A program made the position numbers and the translations under genes. Positions 25,101 through 40,870 of a DNA stretch of 64,000 nt are shown piece by piece (position 1 is the stretch's first letter; every line of letters begins with the position of its first letter). The notes beneath the pieces are model-generated. The model searched no databases, was not told the origin of the DNA, and saw only the letters and a program-made list of their open reading frames with translations. The DNA is from Guillardia theta CCMP2712 (taxonomy: Eukaryota > Protista > Cryptophyta): positions 1,116,336-1,180,335 of the forward strand of contig NW_005434672.1 of the NCBI RefSeq assembly GCF_000315625.1. The letters are read 5' to 3'.

Positions 25101-26487
25101 GGAGTCATCTGCCCCTAGCAAATAAGTGTTTACAGCTTCGAAGATGAGGTTTGAGTAGCCGTAGTGGTCTGGTCGAGTACCAAGGTCAAAGTAAGCTTCG
25201 TTGATAAATTCTTTTTGGTGAGTGATGAAGTTCAAGCTCTGCGCGTTCACGGTGCAGATGTCGGGATCAGGCAAGGTCGCACAGAGCTCCTTCTCAACAT
25301 AGTCCTGAGCATTCAGCAGGGTTGGATAGTCTCCATTCCTTGCCTTGAAAACCTGCTGATTGTACGACGCGAGGTATTTCACCACCTTCTTCGTAGCCTC
25401 CAACGACTTGGTGTACCTGTTCACAGACCAGCCCCAGAACCACGGGTTTGTGCTGCTCTGGTCGCTTGAAAGATACCCGGGGATGCGCGTGTAAGACGAG
25501 CGATTGCCGAAGCTGTGCTCCTGGCACTTGAACACGTTGAAAGGCTCGATGCAACCGTCGGGCTTCCACGTGTGGATCTCTCCGATGATGTGAGTGAGGT
25601 CGATCATGAAAGCTGCTCTCTCAAGTAGGAAGTCGAGCTTCGTCAGCTGCAAGTCCTCGTTGATGACCACTGCCGGCGTGATCCAACCGATCCACTTCCT
25701 CATCCTCTCCAGCGCTGCGACGGCGTTGGGGTTGTCGATGTCCACCTCTCCCTTTGAATTCACGATCGCCCCGCCCCCATGGCTCGCGATGATCGACATG
25801 GTGATGACGGTGAGGTACTCGTTCGCCTGGCCCTGCCACATCAGCCCCCAGAAGCAAGTTTCTCCCGGACACAGGGCTTGTCGCTCGCCCTCCTGGATCT
25901 TCACTGCCATCGCCTCCATCTCATCCCAAGTCCGCGGCGGCTCATGGTAACCGTACTTGTGCAGCAGGTCTCGCCGGTAGTAGAGCAGGTTGTAGTCCAT
26001 GAACGAGGGGATGGACAGAAGCTTGCCGTGCGCATATCCTGCTTGGAGGAACTTGGGGTCGAACTGCTTCAGCTCGTCTGCGGTGAAGAAGGAGGAGAGG
26101 TCCATGAGTGAGTCCTCGATGCTATGTATCCACGACGCCTCCATCCTGAAGATGTCGAGCGGGCTCGCTGCATCAGGCTTTGCGTATCTGTTCTTGATGT
26201 ACAGAATCTCGTCCTCAAGGTTCGGCGGGCAAACCACCCTTCGAAGATTGATGCCCTGTGCGGCCATCTGCAGCTTGGCCTCGGTGAACTCAGTGTTGTG
26301 ACGGATCATGTTGCTGCCAGGATTCCAGTATACATCCTCACTGCTGACGATGGGCAGGATGGCACAAGAGAGGATAACAGTGAACAAGCGTGTGATGTGT
26401 ACAGGAGCAAGGGAGAGTAGAAGCATGCTAGCAAGCGAGAAGAGGGGTATTGTCAGGGGAGGAGGAGAGCTTATAGTGTGCTAAGCA
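22110..26487 (-). repeat. Left arm of a ~4.4-kb inverted segmental duplication (partner 27648-32113)
   Basis: Reverse complement matches 27648-32113 from about 60 bp upstream of the ATG through the 3' flank. Confidence 0.95.
22279..26426 (-). CDS. Receptor kinase-guanylyl cyclase, copy A: signal peptide, sugar-type solute-binding-protein ectodomain, Cys-rich linker, TM, protein kinase, class III cyclase
   Basis: SBP motifs [21 protein letters not shown] and [29 protein letters not shown] linker. [21 protein letters not shown]. Kinase GKGSYG, VAVK, HGDIK|SHN, DFG, WMAPE. Cyclase [39 protein letters not shown]|DMRTFW. Three introns, the first at 23848-24002. Confidence 0.92.
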
Positions 26488-27647
26488 CTAGTGTACCGCT
26501 TCAATTTTTCATTTCATCTTGAGAATGCCATTCATGGAGCGAAGTCCTGAAAAGCGCGTAATTAGTACATTTGATGTGAAAGTGAGAGTTACTTGTAGTT
26601 ATGAAACGATAGAAGTCCAGCTCTGAAAACATCTTCATATTCTCTATGTTCATTTCCCATCCATCTCTCTATCTCAACCCGCCCGCCATTGATCCGCACT
26701 TCTTCCGTACTTCCACAAGTCATCTGACCCCTGCATTTTGGCGCCCACCCCCGTTAAAGTTGCCCCACCCTTCTCACTCAAGGCAAGCACACCCGTTCAC
26801 TGCAAAAAAGAACCAGCTATACCCCTGCAATCCACTTGAGTACCCCCAATATGTTCCTTCTCACTACCCCTACCTCAAACCACCCCACCTCTCAGTCTCG
26901 TACGTCTCCTTGCTTTAGTCATGCACCCTACCCCCTCCAGTCAGTCATCACAAAGGAAAGATATGGAGCCTTCGGGTACCACGGGTGCTCTCGTGACACA
27001 CTTACTGAACCCCCGCTCCCCTGCTCTACCTGAAGTCATAATTGTACCAGAAATAACTAAAATTTCAATGGAAACCCCTTGATGAGTAAAACTGGTGACC
27101 CTTTTTATTTTAATGGTAAAAAAACCATTCAAGTTACAAGCAATCTCAAGGCAAGGCCTCTGAGGCGGGTCCGATCTCCATCTGCTCTAAAATACTAATA
27201 AAAATTTGTAAACCGACCAAATAAAATATTTTATAATTCTCCTGGGTCCCGGACAACGCCGGGTCCCCCCCTGCGGGCCGCCGGTGTGATGGCCGGCTGG
27301 CCGCCGGTCACTCAGCAATGCAGGGAGGCTGTTCTGGTAGGGTGTGACTTGATACGGAACCACAATGAAGGAGGGTGGGGTGGTGTGCTGACAATATCAT
27401 TTGGGCACTACAGGGGTTGTTTTCTCAAGAATTTGTTGGAAATGGAGGGGTGGGTCCTGTATACCGATCTGCAGATACAGGAGGGAGATCCGACCACAAA
27501 TGGCAGCAAGGAACAAGCAGCTCATGGCGGGTGGGATGCAAGACAAAGATGTCAAGAGAGGAGTGAATGAGCAGAGGACACTAGAAACATCTGCTACAAA
27601 CAAGAATGCACAGCGCTGACGGGTTTCCCGGCATGAAATCGTGATGC

Positions 27648-30600
27648 TGCTTAGCACACTATCAGCTCTCCTCCTCCCCTGACAATACCCCTCTTCTCGC
27701 TTGCTAGCATGCTTCAACTCTCCCTTGCTCCTGGACACATCACACGCTTGTTCACTGTCATCCTCTCTTGCGCCATCCTGCCCATCGTCAGCAGTGAGGA
27801 TGTGTACTGGAATCCTGGCAGCAACATGATCCGCCACAACACTGAGTTCACCGAGGCCAAGCTGCAGATGGCCGCACAGGGCATCAATCTTCGGAGGGTG
27901 GTTTGCCCGCCGAGCCTTGAGGACGAGATTCTGTACATCAAGAACAGATACGCAAAGCCTGATGCAGCGAGCCCGCTCGACATCTTCAGGATGGAGGCGT
28001 CGTGGATACATAGCATCGAGGACTCACTCATGGACCTCTCCTCCTTCTTCACCGCAGACGAGCTGAAGCAGTTCGACCCCAAGTTCCTCCAAGCAGGATA
28101 TGCGCACGGCAAGCTTCTGTCCATCCCCTCGTTCATGGACTACAACCTGCTCTACTACCGGCGAGACCTGCTGCACAAGTACGGTTACCATGAGCCGCCG
28201 CGGACTTGGGATGAGATGGAGGCGATGGCAGTGAAGATCCAGGAGGGCGAGCGACAAGCCCTGTGTCCGGGAGAAACTTGCTTCTGGGGGCTGATGTGGC
28301 AGGGCCAGGCGAACGAGTACCTCACCGTCATCACCATGTCGATCATCGCGAGCCATGGGGGCGGGGCGATCGTGAATTCAAAGGGAGAGGTGGACATCGA
28401 CAACCCCAACGCCGTCGCAGCGCTGGAGAGGATGAGGAAGTGGATCGGTTGGATCACGCCGGCAGTGGTCATCAACGAGGACTTGCAGCTGACGAAGCTC
28501 GACTTCCTACTTGAGAGAGCAGCTTTCATGATCGACCTCACTCACATCATCGGAGAGATCCACACGTGGAAGCCCGACGGTTGCATCGAGCCTTTCAACG
28601 TGTTCAAGTGCCAGGAGCACAGCTTCGGCAATCGCTCGTCTTACACGCGCATCCCCGGGTATCTTTCAAGCAACCAGAGCAGCACAAACCCGTGGTTCTG
28701 GGGCTGGTCTGTGAACAGGTACACCAAGTCGTTGGAGGCTACGAAGAAGGTGGTGAAATACCTCGCGTCGTACAATCAGCAGGTTTTCAAGGCAAGGAAT
28801 GGAGACTATCCAACCCTGCTGAATGCTCAGGACTATGTTGAGAAGGAGCTCTGTGCGACCTTGCCTGATCCCGACATCTGCACTGTGAACGCACAGAGCT
28901 TGAACTTCATCACGCATCATGACGACCTCTTTGGAGACTTCTACCTTGATCTTGATACTCGACCAGACCACTACGGCTACTCAAACCTCATCTTCGAAGC
29001 TGTACACGAATATTTACTAGGGGCAGATGACTCCGCCGTCCCGACCATCAAGAACCTATCTTGCAAGCTCACTTTCCTCTTGTCAAATACCCTCGACAAA
29101 TGCGCTCCCTGTCCTGCTGGCAAACACCGCACCAGGCAGCACCCCGACNNNNNNNNNNNNNNNNNNNNNNNNNNNNNNNNNNNNNNNNNNNNNNNNNNNN
29201 NNNNNNNNNNNNNNNNNNNNNNNNNNNNNNNNNNNNNNNNNNNNNNNNTGCAAGACAGCGTCTTGCAGCCATGGATGATCGGCGTGCTGTGCGCTGGAGT
29301 GGTAGTCTTGATCGCCATGTCTGCGTTCGCGACGTACAAGATGACACACTCGGATGCCTTCTGGACGATCAGGAAGGACGAGCTCGTCTTCGACAGCCCT
29401 CCTCTTGTGCTCGGCAAGGGGAGCTACGGCGTTGTCATCCGAGCCTCTTTCCGCGGCTCTTACGTGGCGGTGAAACGAGTGCTCCCTTCGTCACAGACGG
29501 CCAAGAAAGCCTCGGTCTCCACCGGGATGTTCTCCATGCAGGACCCCGCGGTGTTGGAGGCGATCAGGGTGCAAGGGAGCGGGTCGACGCAGAACGGCGT
29601 GCTGAGGAGCCACTCGGGAACGAAGAGCGGCTCGCTGGGTCGGGGCTCTGATCAGCGAGAGGGGACCAACGGCGAGACGAGCGCGAGCTCTGTGCCTGAC
29701 GTTGATTTCAGCGGTAGAGGCCCCCGTCGGCTCAATGACAGTCAGGGAAGGCAGGCCCCAGCAAGGAACGGCAGCGGGGGCAGTGACGTGGAGGTGAGCA
29801 TCCGGGGCGACAAGAACATCCAAATGCGCAGTGGTAGCAACTCGGATAGCCTGGACGTGCTCGGGGGAGAGAGGAGGAATCAGGGGAGCGGCAGTCGTAC
29901 GACGTCGTTCCTTTCTTTCTTGTTCTCGGGCACGACCCGGACGACGTCCCGCAGCAGGATGTACAACAACTTCATCAAAGAGATGAGGGTCATCTCGCGC
30001 CTGCGACACCCTTGCATCACGACGGTGATCGGAGCGGTGAAGGACAAGAAGGAGCCGTTGCTGGTGATGGAGCTCATGGAGAACGGGTCCCTGTACGAGC
30101 TCTTGAGGAACGAGACGGTCGAGCTCCAGGGAGACCTCATCCTCCCCATGCTCTGCGACGTGACACAAGGGATACACTTCCTCCACGCTGCGAACCCTCC
30201 CATCATACACGGGGACATCAAGGTACTCTATCTCCTCGTCCTTCTCTGCCGCGCTTCCCCTCCCCCTCCTGCTGCTCCTACTCCATCATCCCTGCTTCCT
30301 TCCCGCCCTCTCCGCCGTCTCTCTCCCCTCCTCGCTGCCGACTGTAACATCTTGCTCTCCCTCCTTCAGTCTCACAACGTGCTGGTCGACTCTCGCTTCC
30401 GAGCCAAGATCGCGGACTTCGGGTTGAGCACCAAGAAATCGGGTCCATGCGGCACACCCTTGTGGATGGCCCCGGAGCTGCTGCGAGGAGGCAGCAACTC
30501 CCTCGCCAGCGACGTGTACGCGCTCGGCATCCTCCTGGCGGAGGTTTACAGCAGGCAGGACCCGTTCCTCAACGAGGACGTCAGGCAGGTGCTGCGGCAA

Positions 30601-32113
30601 GTGGCGGATCTGGAGAGAGAGGAGGAGAAGAGGCCGGAGATACCTGCCGACTGCCCGTCACAGATGGCGGTGCTGATGAGGAACTGCTGGAACAAGCTCC
30701 CCGAGAGCCGGCCCTCCATCAGCGAGATCGATCGACGACTGCAGGCCATGGACTCCAAAGCCGCAGACCTCCTGCTGCCTGTCAAGAAGGCGGGAGCGGA
30801 GGAGGCGGACGCGACTAGGATCTTGTACGAGGTCTTCCCCAGGCACGTGGCGGACGCGCTGAAGGCCGGGAAGAGGGTGGAGCCTGAGAGGAAGGAGAGC
30901 GTGACGATCTTCTTCTCTGACATCGTCGGCTTCACCACCATCAGCTCCTCCCTCGACCCTCAGAAAGTATCTGAGATGTTGGACAACCTCTACATGTCCT
31001 TCGATGAGCTTTCAAAGGCGAGTGGAGTGTTCAAGGTATGCATCTCCTCCTCCTCCTCCTCCTCCTTTTGTCCATGTCCTCGTTTCCTTCTAGTCTTTCC
31101 CCTTTTCCTGCTCAACCTTGTCTCCTCGTCCTACTGCTGGTCAACCTGCCTGCATCCCTCCTTGCTCTCCTCTTTCTTTTCTCCTCCCTGTTCTCTTTCC
31201 TTTCTTCCTGTTTTTATCCTCTCTCCTCTCACTCACCCCTTGCACAGGTGGAAACTATCGGGGACGCGTACATGGCGGTGACGAACCTCGTGGAGGATCA
31301 GAGCTCGGACCACACCCTCCGCATCGCCTCCTTCGCCCTCAAGGCCATCGAGCTCGCTCACCGCATCCCCATCGACCGGGAGGACGCGAGCAGGGGCTTC
31401 CTCAACCTCCGCGTCGGCTTTCACTCCGGCCCGGTCGTTGCCAGCGTGGTGGGAGCGAGGAACCCGCGCTACTGTCTGTTCGGAGACACGGTGAACACAG
31501 CCTCCAGGATGGAGTCCAGCTCTCGCCCAGGGTCTATCCAGTGCTCGGAAGCAGCTGCGGAGCTGCTGAGGGCTCAGGACGTCGGGGGGGTGGTGGAGCT
31601 GGTGGAGAGGGGGGTGATCGAAGTCAAGGGCAAAGGGGTGAGTTCTAAAAGGAGAAGGAGGAGCAGGGGATCAGATGGGAGCGGGGGAGGGAGAGGGAAG
31701 CGCGATAGGAGGGAGGGAGGGAGGGAAGGGAGAGAGGCAGAGGGGAGGGGAGAGCGAGGGAGGAGGAGGTGGAGGAGGAGGTGGTAGAGGAGGAGGAGGA
31801 GGTAGGAGGACGAGGACGAGGAGGAGGAGGGCTGATACTGACAGGACATGCAGGATATGAGGACATTCTGGGTTGTTGAGGGGAAGGGGAAGGCGTTAGA
31901 GGAAGTGAACATCGACATAGCAGCAGGTGTAACATCCAGCTGACAGGCTCCTCCTCCTCTCCCACTCTCCTTCCTCCCCGTCCTACCCTAACGCGCCAGT
32001 TTTGCCTTGCCCCCTCGCCTCCTCCATGCTCTGATTTTTTGCTCGTTCGCCTGTAAAGTGTGTTTCTTCTCCTGCTCTCACTGTAACCTCACCATGCTCA
32101 AACAATAAAATTC
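27648..32113 (+). repeat. Right arm of the inverted duplication, ending at an N gap
   Basis: Near-identical to the reverse complement of 22110-26487. Confidence 0.95.
27709..31943 (+). CDS. Receptor kinase-guanylyl cyclase, copy B
   Basis: Same motifs as copy A. Introns at 30223-30369 (147 nt, in frame), about 31037-31247 and about 31638-31853. N gap 29149-29248 lies inside exon 1. Confidence 0.92.
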
Positions 32114-32429
32114 NNNNNNNNNNNNNNNNNNNNNNNNNNNNNNNNNNNNNNNNNNNNNNNNNNNNNNNNNNNNNNNNNNNNNNNNNNNNNNNNNNNNNNN
32201 NNNNNNNNNNNNNGTCCTCCTCCTCCTCCTCCTCCTCCTCCTCTCTGCTACTGCAGCAGCAGCTGCTGCTCCTTCTTCTCTTGCCCCTGCCCCTGCTGCT
32301 CTTCTTCTTCTTCTGCTCCTTCTTCTCTTGCCCCTGCCCCTGCTGCTCTTCTTCTTCTTCTGGCCCTTGCCCCTGCTGCTCCTGCTGCCCCTGCTCCATC
32401 CCCCACAACCAACTTTCCTCTCACGTCAG

Positions 32430-36316
<3,887 letters not shown>

Positions 36317-36519
36317 CGAACATCGCAGGACCCTTTCTTCCTCGAGATTGTGCTTGTACCATGACCCTCACCAAGACTCTTCTTCCCACCGATGCTGAGC
36401 TGCGACTGAACCCCCCAGTACCATGTCTCGTTGCAACATGTGCTTCATTACATCATCTCAGTTTCAAATAGTATTAAACAGACGTTTCAAGCTCCACTCT
36501 GACGTAGTTGGAGGCCCGT

Positions 36520-37137
36520 TCACGATCGCATCAACAGGAATCCATATGAATCCTTGATCCCTCTCACTGCAAGAATGGACCTCCGGTGAGCGAGTTTATG
36601 CACTTGATCCTGCCATGTTCTCTCAGCCACAACCAAGGGCGATCCCACTCTCATGTGTGCTTGTGCACTGCAACAAGATATTCGATTCCGAGAAACAGAC
36701 ATCACCATCGAAATAGAACAGAACACATCCAACAATTTCTTGGGCCACATCCCTTCATGACCTCGCTCCGCAGCCCTGCCTCCCCCTATCCTACCATCTC
36801 ACCCCTATCTCGCCATTGAGTCATGTTGTGACATGGTCTCTTCGTCCTCACTTCCACCCACTTCTCTTTCTCCCGCCCTCCCGTACACCAGCAGACTACA
36901 CTGGTTCATTCAAAAGGCACCGTCGCACTGAGCAAGTGCTCACCTGTTCGACAGATAGTGGAATTCGGCCACACAGTAGTCGATGTTGCTCTTGTTCTTG
37001 TACACGTTGGCCCAGGTCCTCCTGCTAGCTCCGAGGGGAGGGATCCAGGTAGGAGAAGGAGGAGGGATCTCTCCATCTTCCGCCAGCATCTCCCTCCTCG
37101 CCCTCATCGAAGCCGCTACCACCTCAAACATGTCCAC
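36520..37137 (-). CDS. Small hypothetical multi-exon gene
   Basis: Exon-like ORF MFEVVAASMRARREML...IDYCVAEFHYLSN followed by a GTGAG donor. No recognisable domain. Confidence 0.3.
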
Positions 37138-37863
37138 CGCACCGAAATAGCTCCGTACTTCAACCGTTAATAAACCGTTAAAGCTTCAGTGCTGTTTGTC
37201 CGATCCGGTCGGCCCGGCGGTCCGGGCGGGAACAAATCAAGTCGAGCTCACCTCAGGCTGTCCGAGTACCCCTCCTATGATGGGACGAAACAGGGGTCAT
37301 TTTTGAAAACAAATCGTATTTGATTCAATCTGATTCAATTCATGAAGGGTGGGTACCTGTGTACTTAATTGGTGGTGGGGGTTACCTCAGAATGGTATTG
37401 TAGGGGGTATTTCTATATTGAAACACTATCAAAATGAGGGTCAATGTGATAAAGCAATTCATGATGGGTAGGGGTAGTGAATGAGCCCGGGGGTAGTGGT
37501 CCACCATTTTCTTTGGAAAGTTCTATTTGACCACCCCTACCCCCAAATACGTAGGGACACGTGGGGAGCGAACATTCATGGCTGGGCTTGAGAGGCATGG
37601 ATGGTTATGGAAGGGAAGAGAGAAGAGACGAGGAGAGAGATTGAAGAAATGACAATAATTCTGATAAGTGATGGCATTGTGTTGGGGGTTCAAGGAAACA
37701 AGAAGTCTATATTTTGTTGATTGTTATTTGTGGTTCGTTTTTGAGTTTGTTTTGAGTGAACAGATTCGTTTCTTGTGTGTTAAGTGCTGGCGTATGTTTC
37801 AGCAGGAGTGTGATTCACGTGCGCTGACAAATCAGTTTGGGTGCAGACGCTTAGTTCGACGCC

Positions 37864-38681
37864 ATGGCGAATCCAAACTCTGATGACTACTATGAGGTGC
37901 TTGGTGTGAACCGAAATGCTAGTGCAGAAGAGATCAAAAAGGCTTATCGCAAGATGGCCCTCAAATTCCATCCAGATAAGAACCCAGACAACAGAGATGC
38001 AGCTGAGGCCAAGTTCAAGAAGGTTTCAGAAGCCTATGAGATTCTCAGTGACCCCACAAAGAGACGTGAATATGATACGTACGGCAAAGCTGCATTCAAC
38101 GGAGGGGGTGCCGGGCCAGAAATGAATGGGTTCTACACTTCATCACGTGGAGGAATGGGACATGGCTTCCAGAATTACAACTTCAGATCCGCAAACGATA
38201 TATTTGCTGAGTTCTTCGGTGGCCGTGATGTTTTCTCAGTTTTTGATGATGACCCCTTCTTTGACAATCCTGGAAGCATTCATCGGAGGATGCAAGAGGG
38301 GATGGGTGGAAACGGCATGGGTTTCAGTATGAGTTTTGGTGGCCCAGGAGGATTCAACATGTCAAGCAGCTCGTTCTCTAGCAGCTCATCAACCTCCTCC
38401 TCTCGTGGAGGGGTTTCAAAAAGTGTCAAGGTGTGAAAAAAAAAAGAGCGACCGCGATAGACTGTACTGACTTTCTGCATCTCCAGACGTCTACGATCAT
38501 TCGTGATGGCAAGAAAATCATCAAGACTACAACTACGACGAGAGATGCAAATGGCAACGTCCAAACCAGAACAGAAGAAAAAGTGGAAGATGCAAACGCG
38601 TCTTCCGGCTTTTCTGGTTTCTCACTGGACTGGGGATCAGGAAATCGTGGGCAGGGAATGTCTCTTGGATGGGGTTGGTAA
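37864..38681 (+). CDS. DnaJ/Hsp40 co-chaperone, class B (DNAJB6-like)
   Basis: J domain DYYEVLGV...[16 protein letters not shown]...[11 protein letters not shown]-rich region, S/T-rich C-terminus. One intron at about 38431-38486. Confidence 0.93.
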
Positions 38682-40870
38682 CCGCGATTGGGAGGATGAT
38701 CAATCCTGTGAATACTTTCTCTTCCCTCATGGTCAGATTTTCTTCGTGTAGTTTACATAAGATTTCTTGCAACGAACCTTGGTTGCAATTTTGTACAGTT
38801 GGTTTGAAAACCGAAAACAGCCCAGTGGTATTCTCTTCATTCAGTGTCACTTTGTTTTATAAGCATGCTTTCATTCTATGTGTGGACGTTCTCAGAGTTA
38901 TTTTCGGGATTATTCAAGCATGCTAAGTGCGATAACATCTTTGTCAAGATTTACATCATACATATCGACACGCATGGTTCTGCCACATACAAACTAGTGG
39001 TCAACCTTGCGTACGCTATCTTCTGGATTAACATCTCTTGTTTGCACACAATCTGCAGAAGTATCTATCGATCTGTCACGATCCTCGTTGGGTTGATTGG
39101 ATATGAGATGTATTTGAGTAACTGCATATCAGCGTGCTGAAAAATCTTGCTCCAAACTTAACAGCACTTTACCTCTAGCCATCTATTCAGCTATATCATC
39201 GTTCCAATATGCAGTTGGAACTATCGATTGTTATAACGCTTGGCAGTTTTGCTGGAAAAAGCACTAAGACTAAAAAGACGATCAATTTTGTGGGCTAACA
39301 CTGTCACATACACTCTGTTTCCCAATGCTCTTTTGCCAGGACTTACACTGCAGTGACATGGAAGACTGCTCATAGAAGAGTCATAGAGTGAGACTGAGGC
39401 AGGGTGGCAATGGAACAAAGAGAGCAGATGCTGTCAGAGAATGCACGAGGAGGGAGACAGAACAATAGAGAGAAAGAGCCATGGAGATGGGAAGGAGGAG
39501 AAAAGGCACAGGGCGTAGACGGAGGCCCGGGATCCTGGTCAGGCTATGGGGCGGGGGAGATGTGTCGGATTTGGGGAGCAGGAGATGGGGGGCAGAGGGA
39601 TGGACTGGAGAAAAAGTAAAAAGGTGCTTTACTAAAACTACTCAGTGATTGACCTCTTCCAGGTACCCCCACCCTACATCAACAGATGTTCTACAGGAGG
39701 ATCGTGACCGGTGGGTGGGTAGTTTGAAATCCCTTCAATTTGAAACAAAAACTGTTTTTGAGTTTGGAACCCCAGAAACAGTCACCCCACCACTAATCAC
39801 CGGTCCGATCTCCTGAATTTCACCCCCACCCCTCCTAGACAGTCTGCTCGCAGTTACCGGTCACCTTGTCAGCAACTCTTTCGTGTCGCAGCAGTCACAT
39901 CCGAAATCTCAGCCCTTCGAATACGCGCTTTCGAACGGGTGGGGGTGGTTCCGAGGAGGGTCTACCCCATGGGGGTGGCTAGTCGATCCAGAACTCGAGG
40001 GTGGTGTGGGTTGCGTCTACCCACTGTTTTTACTCCTTCTGCACACGTACCCGATACACCCTGGTGGGTGAACAGGGGTGTGGGAGCCTGATGGGGGGTC
40101 CATTTAACTTGGGTGGGGTTACACACAGAGAGGTACAATTCAATAGGGTCCTAATCATGACGATCATGTAGTTTCGTCCACATGACTCGTGCAGTACATG
40201 CACTACCCCACCATATGACAGATAATGCCACCCCACCTCATGAATTCCATCATACTAGCCCACCGCCAGGAACATTCCTTCTAATGAAATCCTGGGATGT
40301 TGAGGGGTGATCTCCTCACCCCACCCTCTTAATCTACAACCCCCACCTCTATTGCTCATACCACCCACTCCTCGCATCTTGCCACATGGCAATAAGCGGC
40401 TTTTCTCCGAAAGGCGGTGAACCCAGCCTCCGATGACCCCTACCCACCAAGTTATGGTACCCCTCGTGGATACAAGGATTTTTTGAGGTTCCAGACACCG
40501 GTCCTCGGACTGCTAATGACGGACGATCTGACCCTACCCTACATCTGATACTCATGGTAGGTGCGCCTGAATTCTCTTTTTTCCTCAAAAATGATTATTG
40601 TTTCAACGACCCCCTGCAATCCCTGTTCCCACATAACCCTACCCCACCCCTTTCCTCCTGTTCCTGCCATCCGAACACCCCCACCACCTCATTTCAGCCT
40701 TTCATACCCTTCATGCAAGCTTGAATTGTATTTGACATCATACCCCTACCCCCCAAATTTTCATAACCCTACCCACTCAAAAATGAACCCCTCTGCCCCA
40801 CCCCCGTTTTGTATTCTCATATAGATAAGGAAGCCTCCCGTCCGAAATCCATCGCACCCCACCGCCCGCC

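Noticed and set aside
29149-29248. Apparent 30-aa insertion in receptor copy B
   Set aside because: It is a 100-N placeholder. Copy A has only 10 nt (GCTGACTGCG) at this position.
30223-30369. Hydrophobic insert splitting the kinase catalytic loop in the 1190-aa ORF
   Set aside because: It is a GT-AG intron of 147 nt that happens to be in frame. The equivalent intron in copy A is 155 nt and breaks the frame.
39660-40820. Possible transposon or MITE in the long spacer
   Set aside because: No terminal inverted repeats, target-site duplication or transposase/RT motifs could be seen. Kept only as a motif-rich spacer.
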